This document shows, one piece after another, positions 47,001-62,000 of a stretch of 64,000 bases of DNA. The stretch's first letter is position 1. Every line of letters begins with the position of its first letter. A program made the translations under genes and the position numbers. The DNA comes from Botryllus schlosseri (taxonomy: Eukaryota), in assembly GCA_051294905.1 (NCBI GenBank), contig CM119378.1:27714001-27778000 (forward strand), in the 5' to 3' direction. Under the pieces are notes generated by a model. It did no database searches, was not told the origin of the DNA, and saw only the letters and a list, made by a program, of their open reading frames with translations.

Positions 47001-50000
47001 GTTACAATCGGACCTCGCAGCTGTTTCTGGGCCCTCGATTCACGGATGATATCGTACGATGCTTACTCTACTCTGCTTACACTTTACCTGTTCAATATTT
47101 AAACTGGGAGAACTGTTTGACAAGCGGATTTTATTTTCAATTGCAAATATGAGCCGTCTTTACGCCGGAGTTTGTGGGAAATATTTGGTGATGCACTGGG
47201 TTATGGACGTGGAGTTGTGTGGATTCTCATTGTAGAATTCACGACTTGTCCAATACCTGGTGAGAGCAAACTTTTTACGGATGCAACCTTGTCGGGTGAA
47301 TTGTTTGTGATCAATTTATTGGGCATATAATGGGCTTGTAGCAGACTTGGAAAGCTGAAAAATTTTTGGCTCTTCCTAGTTAGATTAGAATTACCGTAGA
47401 ACGGCGTCAAACTCAACTTGCGTCGCCGGCCGGATTCAAACCTTCCGATCGCTCGCGGGCCGCACCTTACCTCAAAACTCATGCCATTGTTTTTAATTTG
47501 TATACCGGTACTTTATTATCAAGCCTATACACGCGATAGTAGGCCTTTATCACATCATACGGATTATAGGGGTTCTATTCTAGCTACACTTTAATTCGCA
47601 AACTATGGAATTATGGCGATAATACGATGACTGCGGGGTTGACTACAGTTATCAACGGCTAAAACAGAGGCTCTTAAGATGATATATGAGTTGTCATATT
47701 TCTATGCACACTTTGATTTAGTCGTATCCTGGCGTCAGCCATGTGTGTTCGTTTTGAGGAATACAAGAGCTGACCACATATATTTGAATTATATTTACCT
47801 GTTACTATGACATTCTCCATGTAACCTGCATATCAAGGTTTCGCATCGACGTTTTCGCTTCTGTGAACCACTAGTTTTGGGTCCCTTACCCCATAAAACT
47901 TGGAACTCTGCATGCACTTTTTGCCTTCTCGAAATTGGGTGTCAACGTGAATGACTTGTTCCTAGTGGTGACTAAAGTGAAATCACAACACCGTTGTCGT
48001 ATGGTTATGGCGTATGAACATGAACATACTCTACATTTGCTGTCATGAGGGGTTATTTAACGGAAGTATTTCTTACTAAAAATAGTAACATTTGCTGTTA
48101 GAAATATGCTGGATAATACACTCGAGCCGGATGATTAGAATTGTAGGGTTACCATATTTTGGAACCGGGAAAGCAGGCCGCTTTTTATCAGAACATGAAA
48201 GTTAGTTTCCCGAAATTGAAAACGGCTGGTTTTGAAATATTTACTGGAAATCTTGTTGTGTTGACTATAAAAAAAATTAAAACGGCCATCACTCTGACTC
48301 GACTCTCGAATTACCCACATTTTAAGATACTTCTGTGGTGCTGACTAAAAAAAAGTCATAGGGTGTTCACTCGACTACTGAATGACCCGGAGAAGCAGAA
48401 ATTAGATCAGAATTTAAATTAGAGCATAGAAACATTTCCACAAATGATCACTGGCATTTTCCTATAATCAGTAGGCTACTGACCAGAATATGAGAGTTAT
48501 ATAGTCGGCCTAGATTGGATGATTGTTGTAATCTTACGGCAAATGTAAATTTTTGCATTCTAATTTTACTTTTATACAAAAAAATAGGTGACATGTGTGG
48601 GACATAGCATTGTAGCCTATGTGCCATTTTTCTTTTATTGTTTGACACCTACTCAACCCTTTTGCTAGTTGCTGGTTCTTACGATTTGGATTGAAGCGGC
48701 TGCTCTTAAATCAGTGGTTCTCAAACTTTTTTAGACACGCCCCCTTTTATGATAGTGAAAAATCTCGCGCCCCCTCATCGTCATGTCACAAAATGCAACC
48801 AGAATGCTAGCCGTAGCCATCCCACCGAATAGTTTGATGGCTGGAATGTTCGGACTGTTGATGAGAGAACTCTAAAATATGAAATTTAGACTATACACAA
48901 AGCAATAACTATGAATTGGAGGTAAATCGCGCTAACGTTAAGTTGACCACAACTTCGCACCCCCTTCAGATGCTTCCACACCCCCCAGTTTGAGAACCAG
49001 TGTCTTAGACGCAATTGGCTGTAGCTGCAGTGCGTTTCGTTGAAAATATGTGAGATCGGAGAGTCTTCATGGTTTTAACTGTACGAATCATTTTTTCCAG
49101 TATTTTAATTGCAACAACGCATTCTAAGTTAGATCTTGCTATGTCGGTGTTCTACATTGAAATGGTTGATTACTAAACGGTGCCTGATAGTAAGTATCCT
49201 TATCCAGACTTGGACGGCTAGATAATTGTAATGTCATTTGTGAAATGTTTCTTCGCACTTTTTTGAAGTTTAATCTAATTTCTGCTTCTGCAAATGCCAC
49301 ATGAGAATTGTATCGTGCAAAACCAGCCGAATTTGCTGTACAGACTTTTGCCATTCTCATGCTCATGATAATTAACTTTGTTTTGATGTGGACTGAGCTT
49401 GATTCTTGCAGTATTTCATCATAGCTCGGAATTAATTTTCGTAGTTTATGCGAATTCAGGCATTCTAATTCTAGTCTAATTAGGAAAAAATTGTGATTTT
49501 CATGTTGTACAACTCTGGGGCCCTCTTCCTTTCGTGAACTGAGAATGAAATACTTTGAATTCTTCAAAACGGGATCCTGCAAAATTTTGATAACAAGGAT
49601 GAATGAAATTTTTCCGACATAAAATCATATCTTCGATGTCATGACGAATCGCATAATATGCTAGCACAACAGTAGATTGTTACGAAAGTGAGTTGTGTAA
49701 GTCGAATTTTAAATCTACGTTTCGTGCCACTGTATTGAAGGCAGCAGTCGATGGTCAGTTGCGTTTGATTTGTAAGGAACTCGTTGCTTTGCTGATACTT
49801 TGCACTGCCGTGATCGATACTCGGTTTCTAGTTAGGCTCGTTGCGTTTACTACACACATGGAATTAATTATTGTGCGGCATGCATCTCTGCCAGGATTTC
49901 AGCTGCTCTGTTGCGAGATATGGTTGTGTACTGCTGCATTTCCTGTGCATTCAAATTTCGTAACATCGAATTGAATCTTTGCTTTGAGATTCACGGTTCA

Positions 50001-53000
50001 CACTATTTGGTCTTTTGTTGTAGCTAGCAAGGGAAAGTATTTTGGGAGCTTTGCTTGTACGTAGGATTTTTTTGATACAAAATAAGAAGGTGCAAAGTTG
50101 ATATGCTTGTAGAAATGAAATTTGCACATTGTTGATTACAAAATATTCCAAGAGCTTCTTGGAGGTACAGAACTTCAATATACAGTTGAATGGTATATTT
50201 ATATTGAAATGATCCAGAATATTTTCGGCTGACACTTATTAGGGGTAATCGTCAGCAGCTAGTGGAGAATTGGAAAAAAACATCTTGTATCAACAATCAT
50301 ATCACCAAGTATGAAGTCACCAGCATGAAATTTCGTATCATCGGGGCAAAGAGAGCGCTAAAACTCAATGCAATATTTTTAGATGGTACGCCATCTCCTT
50401 CTGTAGGCACAGACTTGATTAGTGTATTTTGATAATAGTTGACTCCAAGGCACCGCATTTTGCATTCGTTTCATTCGAATTGCTATTGGCTTTTGAAATA
50501 TTTGATTATTTTAGCATGATTTCAAACAACCTGGCCAAAGCTAGGTCGCATTTGAGAATAAGTCACTAATAAATTACAGTTACTCAAAATGCTGCTGAGC
50601 TGTCATATTTTTCGATAATCTTTGAATCTCCACCAGAAGTTTATAAAGTTGTATTATCATCATCAATAAATTTTTAATGGCTTATTCCTGCTTTATTTTA
50701 GAATGGTGTCTCTCTGTAATGTTGAAGGCTGTTTTGCTTTTGATTGCTGGTTGAAAGCCAGTAAGCCACAAGTAAAATCAGGTGTTTTGTAGTGTCTTTC
50801 TCCTAGATATTGTCATATGTCACCAGAACTGCAGTTTTAAATAGCCCTTGAGGCTCTTTTTGAAACCTAGAATACTAGAACACTTCTTGCTACTGTGCTT
50901 AAATCTCTTGATTTAATCACTGTATCTCCGAAATGTGAAACTTGTGCAGATATGCTGCACCCCGAGTGAGTCATGCAGTAATCAATCACCATTGCTAGTG
51001 TGTGATAACCAGTTTAGATATGGCTGATATTTGTAAATCTCTGTAAGTTTGTGATGAATGATAAAGTATAACTGTTTCCATTTAAGCATACGTGGTCATT
51101 GATTGTATTCCAGTTGGTGTTGTTTTCCTGTTTGTTCAGGTTTTTCTGAAATATGACTCATCCAGTTGTGTGTCATGGCTGGATTAGCATTTTCGCTTGC
51201 CATCATATTCTGCTTGATACAGATTGCTTCTCTGTATGTATGAGGTTTTTAAAGCATATTTCGTTTCGAATGTTGTTCTTTTGCCAAGATATTGTTCGAG
51301 ACTTTAAACTTCGACTGCGGAAGTTACGGCTTTTGTATTCTGCTGCTATTGTGGACAATGTTATTGTGACCCAAGGCTATTATCTGCCTTGTTGACTTTT
51401 CTCCTTAAATGGTTCTAGTTAAGTTGCTCAACCGTGAAATTTGCGAGGTTTGGAAGTAATGTGCATTATTTGTAAGGTAATACTGATGAATTATTGATGA
51501 TCTTTATGTAAATGGACTCTGCAAATGGTGTGGATTACATATTAAATATTTCGTGCTGTCGTAATATGCTAATTTGTTGTTATTTAGTTTGAAAATTTGC
51601 TTTACCAAATTGCAAGTTTTGGGGCTGAATTGTATTTATTATAGAATTGCTGCAGATTGAAGGCTGGAATTGCATGTTATAGTGTTACCATATTTTGAGT
51701 TCAGAAAAGAGAACACTTTTTACAAATCTCAGAACTTATTGAATTGTTGTGTTGACTAAAAAAGGTCATTTTTCCGAAAACGCCTTCCGGAAAACCCGCT
51801 CTAACGTCAGTTTTTGTCATTCTGCCGTCGCAATCCATTTTTGGCTCCATTAATGGCCTTTGTTAGTTGTACCTGTACAATGGCCTGGCTGTAAAAGCTA
51901 TAACGGAGGATGAATTGCCAAAATTGAGGACATGTGGGCGTCCTCGGAGAATATTTTCGATTTCTTGGAAAAAGGAGGACAAATCCTCCTAAAGGAGGAC
52001 TTTTGGTAACCCTAAGGTTATACACTGTCCAATTTGGTGCACGATACAAAACTTTGCGTTTGCTAAAACTTGAGGTTGTCTTCCTCGTTGCAATTCTTCA
52101 TTTTTAGCTTACATATTGCAGCCAAATGGATGTTGATAGGGATTGCCAGAGATACTACTTGTTTTCAAGAGATCTTTTAGGATATCATCTGTATTTGAAT
52201 TCTCTGCTAAAGCCTTCAGGCACTTTGCAGTACTTTCCAGTGCATGTAATGTTCGCTGCCTGTGTATAACTTAGGCCTACACACTAGCCAAGTCAAAAAA
52301 TTTCACAGCCGCAATGCAGTCTAAATCTCCTGTGCGTCACATAAATCTTTCATGTAGTAAATTCCTGGCAAGTTCAGAATGTGTGCAAGGTCTGTTTCCG
52401 TAAGTTATGTTGACATCGCTTCGGCGAAGAGCCCATGTATTTGCTCATACTTGTACGGGCGTATTTACGCTAATTCTTGTGTTTCGGCTTCTGCAGAGTT
52501 ATCCACCGCCGTAATTTGAGCGTCAATTAAAATGTTGAGTATTTGATGTTAACTGCAGAAAAAGCAAGGCCTTCATTTATTGATATTGTACCTTGTGTAA
52601 GTCTCTGGTTTATTGTATTAATATTTTTATCCTTTCAAAACATCTAAAGATTGCAACTTTGAGTTGTCTTTCAATCAGACACAGGTAGATTTTAATTATG
52701 TAATCCTGCCTAATAAAGAACTGTTGCTGGTTCATACACGCCTGGTATAAAACTTTAAACCCCGCTTTTCTACTAGGATGTAGGTTTGTTTACAAACATT
52801 CTTAGCAAACTCCAGTTCAGTTGGTTGTTGAAATGGCTCTCCTGTTATGGAAATATTTCAATTGCTTTTCCTCATCTCTCTAAGTGGTAATTGATGGTGC
52901 TTCCTTCTGGACATATAATCACTTTGAATGGGGTTGATTAGTCAGTATTGTTTATTCCTCGATTACTGTGGAAGGGAGTAAGCCTAATCGCCTGTATTTA

Positions 53001-56000
53001 AAGATTATGCTGTTGTATGCTAGATTGCTGGATGTACTGGAAATATAGGTTGAATGTTAGGAACAGGGGATAGTAAACACAGTATCATAAGAACAACATT
53101 TTTCTGTTATGATGATATGAATGTGTATGGCAGGAAATGTATTATAAGTAGGCTACACTCTCTTCCTAATTTGTGGACATATTATTCCAAACATTGATCA
53201 TAATTCCATCATTGTATTAGTTTCAAAGTGAGTGTTACTGCATTGTTATTACAAGTAGTCTGCAGTCCTCATAATAAAGTGAAAATTCAATATGCCTGTT
53301 CAATGCGCATGCTGATATTGAAAAGTGGAGTTAAACTTGTTGGATTTCCAGTGGACTTCCAGGCCTGTACAATAGGGTGTTCAAAAATAACTTTTTTTTG
53401 AATTTTCCCCGGCTACTCGATAAAATTGTTAGGTCGCCTAAAAATAACGCCGCACACCAATTTTGGGTCAATTCCAACCTACAGAAGCATTGCTATAGAA
53501 GACAAAGGTTTTGGATTTGTTTGATAAAAATAAATATAACTATTTTTCAAATTTGACTGTCTACCCCATGAAATTGTTGAGTTGTCAGAAAAAAACAATG
53601 CACAACAAATTTGGCTCAATTCTAACCCGTAGAAGCGAAGTAAATTATGTTCAAAATTTAGGATTTCAAATCGTAGTATAAGTATACAGGCAACAGTGGG
53701 TCGATCTATATAATAAGCACTTTAAGAATTTGCGAGTGCCGTAAATAGGCCTACTATTTTTTTAAATTGAAATTTTGGGCTTCAATAACTACGCTTCTAC
53801 TGGCTACTAGCTAAGCAAAACCCTGTTTGCTTAAAACAGTATTTTTCATCAAGACATCCGCCTGTTTCACTATTGCCGGCCACTTACGAAAAAATGAGAT
53901 TATTATAGTGCAATTTCAGATTGATTTTTTGATTTTATGAAAATTTTTTATCGAATGTCAATCCACTTCTTATTATACGATCCGATTGCATTCATGTGCG
54001 CATTGTGTTTCAGGACTATGTATCTACTGAAGTCGTGACTAGTCCAACTGAATTTCGTCAATCATCTTCTGCTATCATACCTCGATACCATGGACCACCG
54101 CTCAACCAGACCAAGTTAGTACTGAATGAGTCATCCCCAGTAGTGATGATTTTAGTTTTGCGGTAATCTGGTGACGATGTAATTAGCTCCTTCTAACTTC
54201 AGGCTTAATCGATATGCCTTTTTAACTGAGGCACAATAGATTCACTATATTAAATTAGTGGGGATGTGTAATTGCTAATTGAAATGTGAAGTTGTTTGAT
54301 AGAGGTTAGTTCCATTAGCATGATATGCCGCCCCCTATCAACTATTTGCCATGGACGATGCTAGGAATGCATGAAATAGCTATTATTTCTGAAATCAGCC
54401 GTTGTAGATACTCTTGCAGGTACAGACCTTCAATATACGACTGAATAATGTCTTGACAGTGAAATAAACCAAAAATATTTTTGACTGACACTTGTAGGGT
54501 AATCGTCAGCAGCTAGTAGAGAATTAGAAAGAACATTGTACACATTTCAACAGATTATTTCAATATGAATATATTATTATTGAATTGTAAATCAGCTGTT
54601 TATTATAAGCCAGTCGTTTCCAACCTTCAGAGGTTCAGGTACCTTTTCTAATGGATAAGCAGTGTGCGGCACCAGGCACTGCTTAGGTTTCAGTGTTTCA
54701 GAAAACGTGTGAAATAATGCAGAATCGGTTCAGTGGAGCGCTCGTCAGTAACCATATTTATTCAGATTCCCATGTAAAATCTGATCAAATCATTTCAACT
54801 TTTGGTAATCTTGTAGCAACAATAATAACAATCAATTTATTGACTGCCGGGTACTGAAATTATACGCTCCTTGTCACTAGGAGTTAATTTATCAACGAAA
54901 GGTAGCACATGAAGCTAAGGAAAATGGCATTTCTTTGAAGTCGTGATTGACCCACAGCACTATTACAAAGCGCAATGAAATGGTTATGGGAGAAAAAATA
55001 CCAAATTGTCGTTGATGTGACATAGAAATGACATTATATGTTTGTGGCCGCGTAAAAGATACATATTAGAATTTTTTACAATATTCAAATTTCATACTTT
55101 TTTATGTGATAGTTAGTGATACTCGAATCGAAGCTAAATACTCGATTTTCGCAGCCCTGGTCACAAAGTGGAAAAGGTTGGGAAGCAGTGTCTTAAACGA
55201 GCGGCAGTTCCACACCTATTTCTAAAGGTAACGTTTTAAATTCATTTCAGCTCCGCCGTCAATATCAATTCCAGCCAAAGCAACGACGACCTGACCGCGG
55301 TCATGGGTCCCGAATTCAACGCCCAGCAGGCCCAAGACAACCAATGCAGCATGCAGTTGTTGAATCAACGAGCCAGCCGACAACTCACACAACCACAACA
55401 AGCCAACTCATCTCAACAAAACGGTGATATATTATGTTGTTAGTATGTTTAGTTAGCATTGTCAATGGAAGGACTGTTTGCTATATTGTTGTAGTTACAT
55501 TAGTGGCCCTGTCCTCTCCTGCTCAGTTCAATCATCTTCAACTGTGGATCTAATAAAATTTAATCGCGGGAGTCTAATTTGTACAAGTTATAGGCCTGAA
55601 TATTATTTATTCTACTTCAGGCAAACTTGAACAACTAGATAATTCTAGTTGTCTACAGAGACGAATTGGAATGAAATAATGGAAATTTAATCCTAATCTA
55701 ATTTGTGAAATGTTTCTGTGTTGCCATTTCAATTTCAATCTACAATTTGATTACCGTGATAATGCTACAGGAAATCTGTGTCATGCGGAACGAGCCAAGC
55801 TTGCTGTACAGATATTTGCATCACCATGCGTTCAAGAATCCGCTCTGATTCGATATGTACTGAACTTGACTTTGTTGTATTCGTACTAATTGGAAGATGA
55901 ATTCCAATTTCCAAGCTTTTTCGAATTCAGTAATTCTAATTCTAATCTGTGTGGCTATCATTCTAATTCCGATCAAATTGGAAATGGCTGACAATTTTCT

Positions 56001-59000
56001 AGTTGTCCAACTGTGTCTACTGGCGCCTGTCAAGGCAAGAAATTTGCTAAGCTAGAAAAAGTGCTGTGCCGTTTTTAGCAGAATTCACATCAAACTGGTG
56101 GTAGCAGCATTAATAGTCTTTCTTGTTTGACTGGTTTTTTACTTGTCTTGTAAAAATGTGGCGTCAAAAAAGATTCGTGAATTAGAATCTCAGCTACGGG
56201 CTACAAGTTTGTAGTTTGATGTATGCTTTCTATTCCATAAATTGATGTAGATTGAGTAAAAATTTGCATTCCATGAGTTCCGGTAGGAGCCATTCTGCAA
56301 TTTCAGGCTGTTGCAGTAATTAATGTTTGTATTTGGTAAGAAATATGAAAACTTGTCATGTTTAAGGTTGGGCAAATTGGGGGATCTGAGGGATTCTTCT
56401 CCAAATGAAGTATTCAAGCATCGCCTTTTATGATGACGTTACTGTAATCATGACTTTTATGGTTCAAATATACATTTTTTGCGGCCACAAGAAAAATGAT
56501 GGGAGGTACACCACTTGCACGTCATCCAAAATCATTTTGTATATGTGAACCATGACTACTTTGTAGTGACCATTGTGAGGGTCCATTACCACTCGACTGA
56601 CAGAAATGTCCTTCCATCCATATTAGAAGCCTCACGGAATGTGCTCTTTGATGCTGAACCAATGCTAGCTCTGGTTTTGGGACTTCAAACGGTGAAACAG
56701 AGTTATTGAAACTATATTTGTCTTTGATGAAACTTTACTCTTGATGTATAGTAGTACATTAGCTTTACTCTAAAAAATCAACCCTCACAACCAGACTCCA
56801 ATCATTACAATTGCTACAACACTCGAATTGTTTGGCACATCCCTGGCCATGATGCCAAACTTGCCCACTTGATAAACTAATTATTACTTGAAACTGGTCA
56901 ATTTGTGCCGCAGATTGGAAGACATAAATTTTACTGTCACTGCTCTAGATTTTCAGTTTAGTAAATTCTTATTTCTAGTTCTAGTTGCGAGTGTTGATAA
57001 GTGAGTAGTTTTAGTTCCAGTTCTGGCTGCAAGTTTTGAAGGTCAGTCATTCAGGTTCTAGTTCCAGTTGCAAGTTTTGTATAGTCAGTACCTAGTTCTA
57101 GTTGTTGTTTTTGCGAGTAATTCTAGTTCTAGTTCTAGTTACAAGTTCTGAAAAGTCAGTAGTTCTAGTTCTAGTTGCACATTTTGAAAAGCGAGTGGTT
57201 CTAGTTCTTGATTTAGTTGCAGTTTTTGAAGTTAGCAGCTCTAGTTCTAGAGTAGTGAGTAGTTGTTGATTTTGAGAGTGAGTAGGCTATTTCTAGTTCT
57301 AGTTGCGCATTTTCAAAATCCATTAGGCCTACTTTGTACAAGTCTGATGTAAACTGGCAAAAATCTACGAAACTTTACACTACCATGTAGCTGCGGATAT
57401 CATGATATGACCTGTTAGTCTACTGATGTGTTAATCCGTTGAAATGAATCTTATAATAGGAATTGCGTCGTTACTTAATGGACTTGTTTTGTTCTTTGAA
57501 ACCATAGTCAGCGTGTTCAAAGAGTGAGAACTCTCTCGCTGGCAATTGTGCCTGCAATGCGATTCCGATATCCACGTGATTGCGTCGGCTTCCTGCGCCA
57601 TCAATGAAATGGGCCCGTTAATGATGGTGTTTACGGCGGAATTTTTCAAATTTTGCAGCACTCAAATTAGCGAAATTTGGGAAATCCCACCTCCTATGTT
57701 ATTGGACTCCAAGCATATGGCCGTTATTCTCGATATTCGATGCGGCGCTGTAGGTTTTTCCGCGTCGGCATTGTAGCTGGTAGGACATGATCTGATGATC
57801 GCAGATATTGATTTTACTGGGTTAAAAGTGTAGGAGATCTAAATCGTAGCCTACTTTTCAATGCTGGCTGACATTACTTTTGATGGAAGTGAGTTGTATG
57901 AAAAAAATCGATGTGGCGCTGAAAGAGTAGTGTTGCATTGAGTGACAGCACTGGTTTTGCCAGATGTTTCAACACCAAAGCCTTGTACAAATTGCAGACC
58001 TAGTTCGTTAATGGTCATTTAACTTCTGATTTTTCGAGTAGTTCTAGTTTTGGCCCTAGTTACGGATTTTGAAAACTGGGAAGCTCTAGTTTTAGTTGCG
58101 CATTTAAAACAAATGTAGTCGCCGAATAACTAGAATACATGTGTCATGGAGTGAATTATGGTACCGGTGTTCTGTTGTGTGATGTTCTTGCGGCCATTGC
58201 TAGAACAGAGTTATCACTACTAACAGTAGCCGTTGGGCTGGAGGTTAGGGGTCAAATACAACAAAAATCAAGCTCAGTTCATTTTCATAAGCATGAGAAA
58301 TTGCAAATTCAAAGCAAGCTTGGCTGGTTTCGCGCTGGACAGTCTCCTGTAGCATTGTAAAGTAAATTTTAAAAGAATTAAAATAGGAGCGTAAAAATAT
58401 TTCTCGAATTAGGGTAAAATTCGATGCATTTTACTCTTGATTAGTATAATTAGCAACTATAATTATCTAACAGTCCAAGTTTGCTCGCAGATATCGCCTA
58501 AGAAATGCACTATAAAATTAGATTTGTGACAAATCTTTTCAATGATCTATGCAGGTAGGATCTGATAAGGTCGGTGTATTATCGTTGATGGCGTCTGCAT
58601 TTTATTGTCCGTATTTTTCGCTGCTTTACCATGTACACAATGTGCGTTGAGATGTCCTTGTAAGTCTGATAATAATTCATCTTGGTTAAATAAAGAATTC
58701 TTTGCACTGCGTGACTCATAACTAATGGTAAACCGACTGCTCGTTATCGCAGATTACCTACAGCATCAGAGCAGCATCGCGCTGCAAGAAATCGCAATGA
58801 GCGTCAATCTACGTTCGTCGCAGTGCGCCACCGCACAGGAAGCTATGAGGTAAACTATCGCCTATGTTTTCATTATGACACGAGTATTCCATTATTACTG
58901 TGTGCTCAATACTCGTTTTTAACGCCGGCCACAATGTCTCTTGTCCTCGGATATGAATCGAGTATTTATTGTAATGATTCGAGCTGAGTAGTGAAATGAT

Positions 59001-62000
59001 ACGCTCCTTACAACTTGATGCTGTTTTGGGGACGAGAATGATAGTTTCGATAGTATTTTCCGCCGTGGAAACCTTGAAACCTTGATTGGTGATATCGCAG
59101 CATTCGAAACATGTAGTATGGAGCTACTCACGTTAGTGGAAATGACACAAAGTGCAATGAAATAGGTATGGTCGAAAAAATACTATGTTATCTTTAATGT
59201 GCTGTAGAACTGGGATTATACCATTTGTGGTCTCGTAAATCGTACACGTTTAAACTTTTCCATCCTTCAAACTGTTATGACTAGGACCAGTTTTTGTTGC
59301 ATTCGAATCCGTGGAAAGTTGCACTTGTTTTTCACGAAAGTTATACTAAAAAGTTGCATTTATGGACAATTTCCTTGAAATTACTAGGGTATTGAGACAC
59401 CCGAATCGTTCCGTATCCAAGGCACCGTTGCAAAACTCAGTGTTGGCGACCTCAACAAAATCAATAGACTGAAAGAATTGACCCAGTGAAAATATAATTT
59501 TCACCGGTCTAGCCTGAATGTACGTCAAATCAGAACGGGCCCTAAATGTAAACAGCAGTGAACTAATCAAGCGATCCATTGACATATCGTGACAAATGTT
59601 TCCGGTAAAAGGGTAGTTGCATGAAACAAGGAAAAAAATTGCAAAAAGTTGCATTAAAAATCGAAAAAGTTGCAAAAAGTTGCATGAAAAAATGAAGAAA
59701 AGTTTCAATAGAAGATTCCTCCCAAAAAATTAAAACCTGAGTATTCAGGAAGGTGGCGGCAGCTGTAAAAACAGTTGCAAAAACTTGCCCTAGTTTGACG
59801 CTATATTGAGTTGCACTCGAATACTCAACTCATTTTGAAGTTTAGGTCCATAAAAAATGTTGGTATCACCGATGTCTCAAAAAACCATCATAAACAATGG
59901 TGTAGCTCATTATTTCGGCAAATAATAAAATATAGGTTTACAGTGCCGTGATCATAAATGGTGTGAAACGAGGCAATTCATTGTGGCAGTAAATAGGTCA
60001 AGACACGGCTGATTTATATTTTTTCTGCCCTTTAGCATTGCGTTCTTGTGTGGATTATTTGTTATTGCTGTAGTCACTATGGTTACATGAAACTGCGGGA
60101 TAAAATTTATGTGTCGGCTCGCTAAAAGAGACCTCTCTGAAATTTCAGTATTTGTTCATCGCTGTGAGCCTTCGTTGCTTATCAGTAGAGCTCGGAAAAA
60201 TGGAGTACTTGATGATAAGGCTGGAAATTTTCACCAGTTTGTTACTTCAAAATGGCATTGCTGGATATTCAACTTTCCTATATTCCGAAACTAATGATCT
60301 GGTATATCATAGACACAAAATTCATGGCAATAATTCAATCTTTGTTCCAAATCTATTGTTGTCCAATCCAGTTAACCCACTTATAGCCTGCCTTTTACGA
60401 GGCCCCTTGGGAATGATGGCGTGAAATTTCCTAAGTTTATCTTATTACGAGATTCCATTAACTTACGTTGAAGAGATCATTTACAAAAAAGATGAATACA
60501 GATCTGGCCTTGTTCCTTTGAAGGCTGTCCGTTTGTGTCAAATGTCTTTTTTGTGACATCAACTCTTCTCAGGCTTTGGAATGACGTAAAGTAATAGTGA
60601 GTTTGGAAATGGTTGCTACATTTCGCATCAGCCAAGTGTGAGCCCAAATGTAACTCGGAAAATGGCAGATATTTCACATAACACAGCTAATACTTCGCTA
60701 TGGAATGCTGGTGCATATGATGCACCGCACACAGTGTGCATCAACAACAGTGTTAAAAGAACAAGTGTATTAAAACATGACTTTCACACAATAGAAAACG
60801 ATTCTGTGTGAAAATCTAGGCTCTGACACAAAGCCCAGTGACCTATAATGATTTGCGACAGTGGAATTCTATCATTCATTCATGGGCGGCAGACTTGTAC
60901 AAACTGCTGGATTTTCAAAATGCACAACTAGAACTAGAACTACTACTGTCGGTACTTGCTTTTCAAAATCTGCAACTAGAACTACTCAATTATCGAAACT
61001 AGAAACTAGAACTACAACTACTTGCTTTTCAAAATGCATAACTAGAACTGGAACTGCTGACTTTTCAAAAGTTGCAACCAGAGTAGAACTATTCAATTTT
61101 TCAAACTATATCTACAACTACACAATTTTCAAAACTCACAATTAGAACTGTGTACTCACTTTTCGAAACTCGCAACGACAACTGCAACTGCAGGCACTCA
61201 CCTTTCAAAATCTGCATTTTGAACTTAAACTATTCACTTCTCAAAATCCATAACTAGAACTAGAAACTATACTTCAAAAATCGGTAGTTAGTTGGCTGTC
61301 AACGAACTAGACGGTAGTTTGTACAAGCCTGACGGCGGAGAATAGGCACTGTCTGTGGTGGGGCCATGTGTTGCGTTGTTGTTCCAACAGACCAGGGGAT
61401 GAGACCACGATCCTTTATCGATTGCCCGAACGCATGACCGACGGACCAGCCGGCTATCTTATTGTCTTCAACAATGCCACCGCGGATAGCCTTGAACCTA
61501 GCGAGTAATGTATTTCAACATCTTCCCCCGCTACTGCAACCCGTGTGAAATCGTAATTCTCCCGTCGTGCCAATTCTTGATATCATCTAGACACCACGAG
61601 CCATACGTGCTTGGGTATTTCAAAAGTAGATTGCTGTATCATGTACACTGTACAGTCGTGTAGGTAATATCATTTTGTCCCATATTTTTTTTCAATCAAC
61701 ACTGTTAAATGTTTTTCGTGCCAGCATTTCGTATTATGTTTCATTTCTTGTCTTGCATTGCTGAATAATATATTCCTATTGAAATGAACCCGAATATTTT
61801 TGTACGACACTTGTCAGGGGTTATTGTCAGTAACTAGTAGACATTTGTAAAATACATTGTATATCAACAATCGTATCGCAAAGTATGACGCAGAATAGGA
61901 TTACCATACGTCCTCCTGCAGGAGGATTTGTCCTCTTTTTTCAAGAGATCCAAAATGTCTTTGTCGGCAATTCGTCCTCCTTTGTAGCTTTGAGAGCCAG

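Noticed and set aside
50700-53300. Highly decayed LINE on the minus strand (faint YQPYLNWL and KAGFK-like pieces)
   Set aside because: Similarity is too weak to support by eye; a tBLASTx or Dfam hit would be needed.
56566-56691. Open candidate exon (phase 1/0), and similarly about 60620-60700 (phase 0/1)
   Set aside because: Phases cannot be joined into the supported model without unsupported partners.
57431-57776. ORFs on both strands as extra exons or a nested gene
   Set aside because: No splice-site pair fits the phase chain, and no motif is recognisable.
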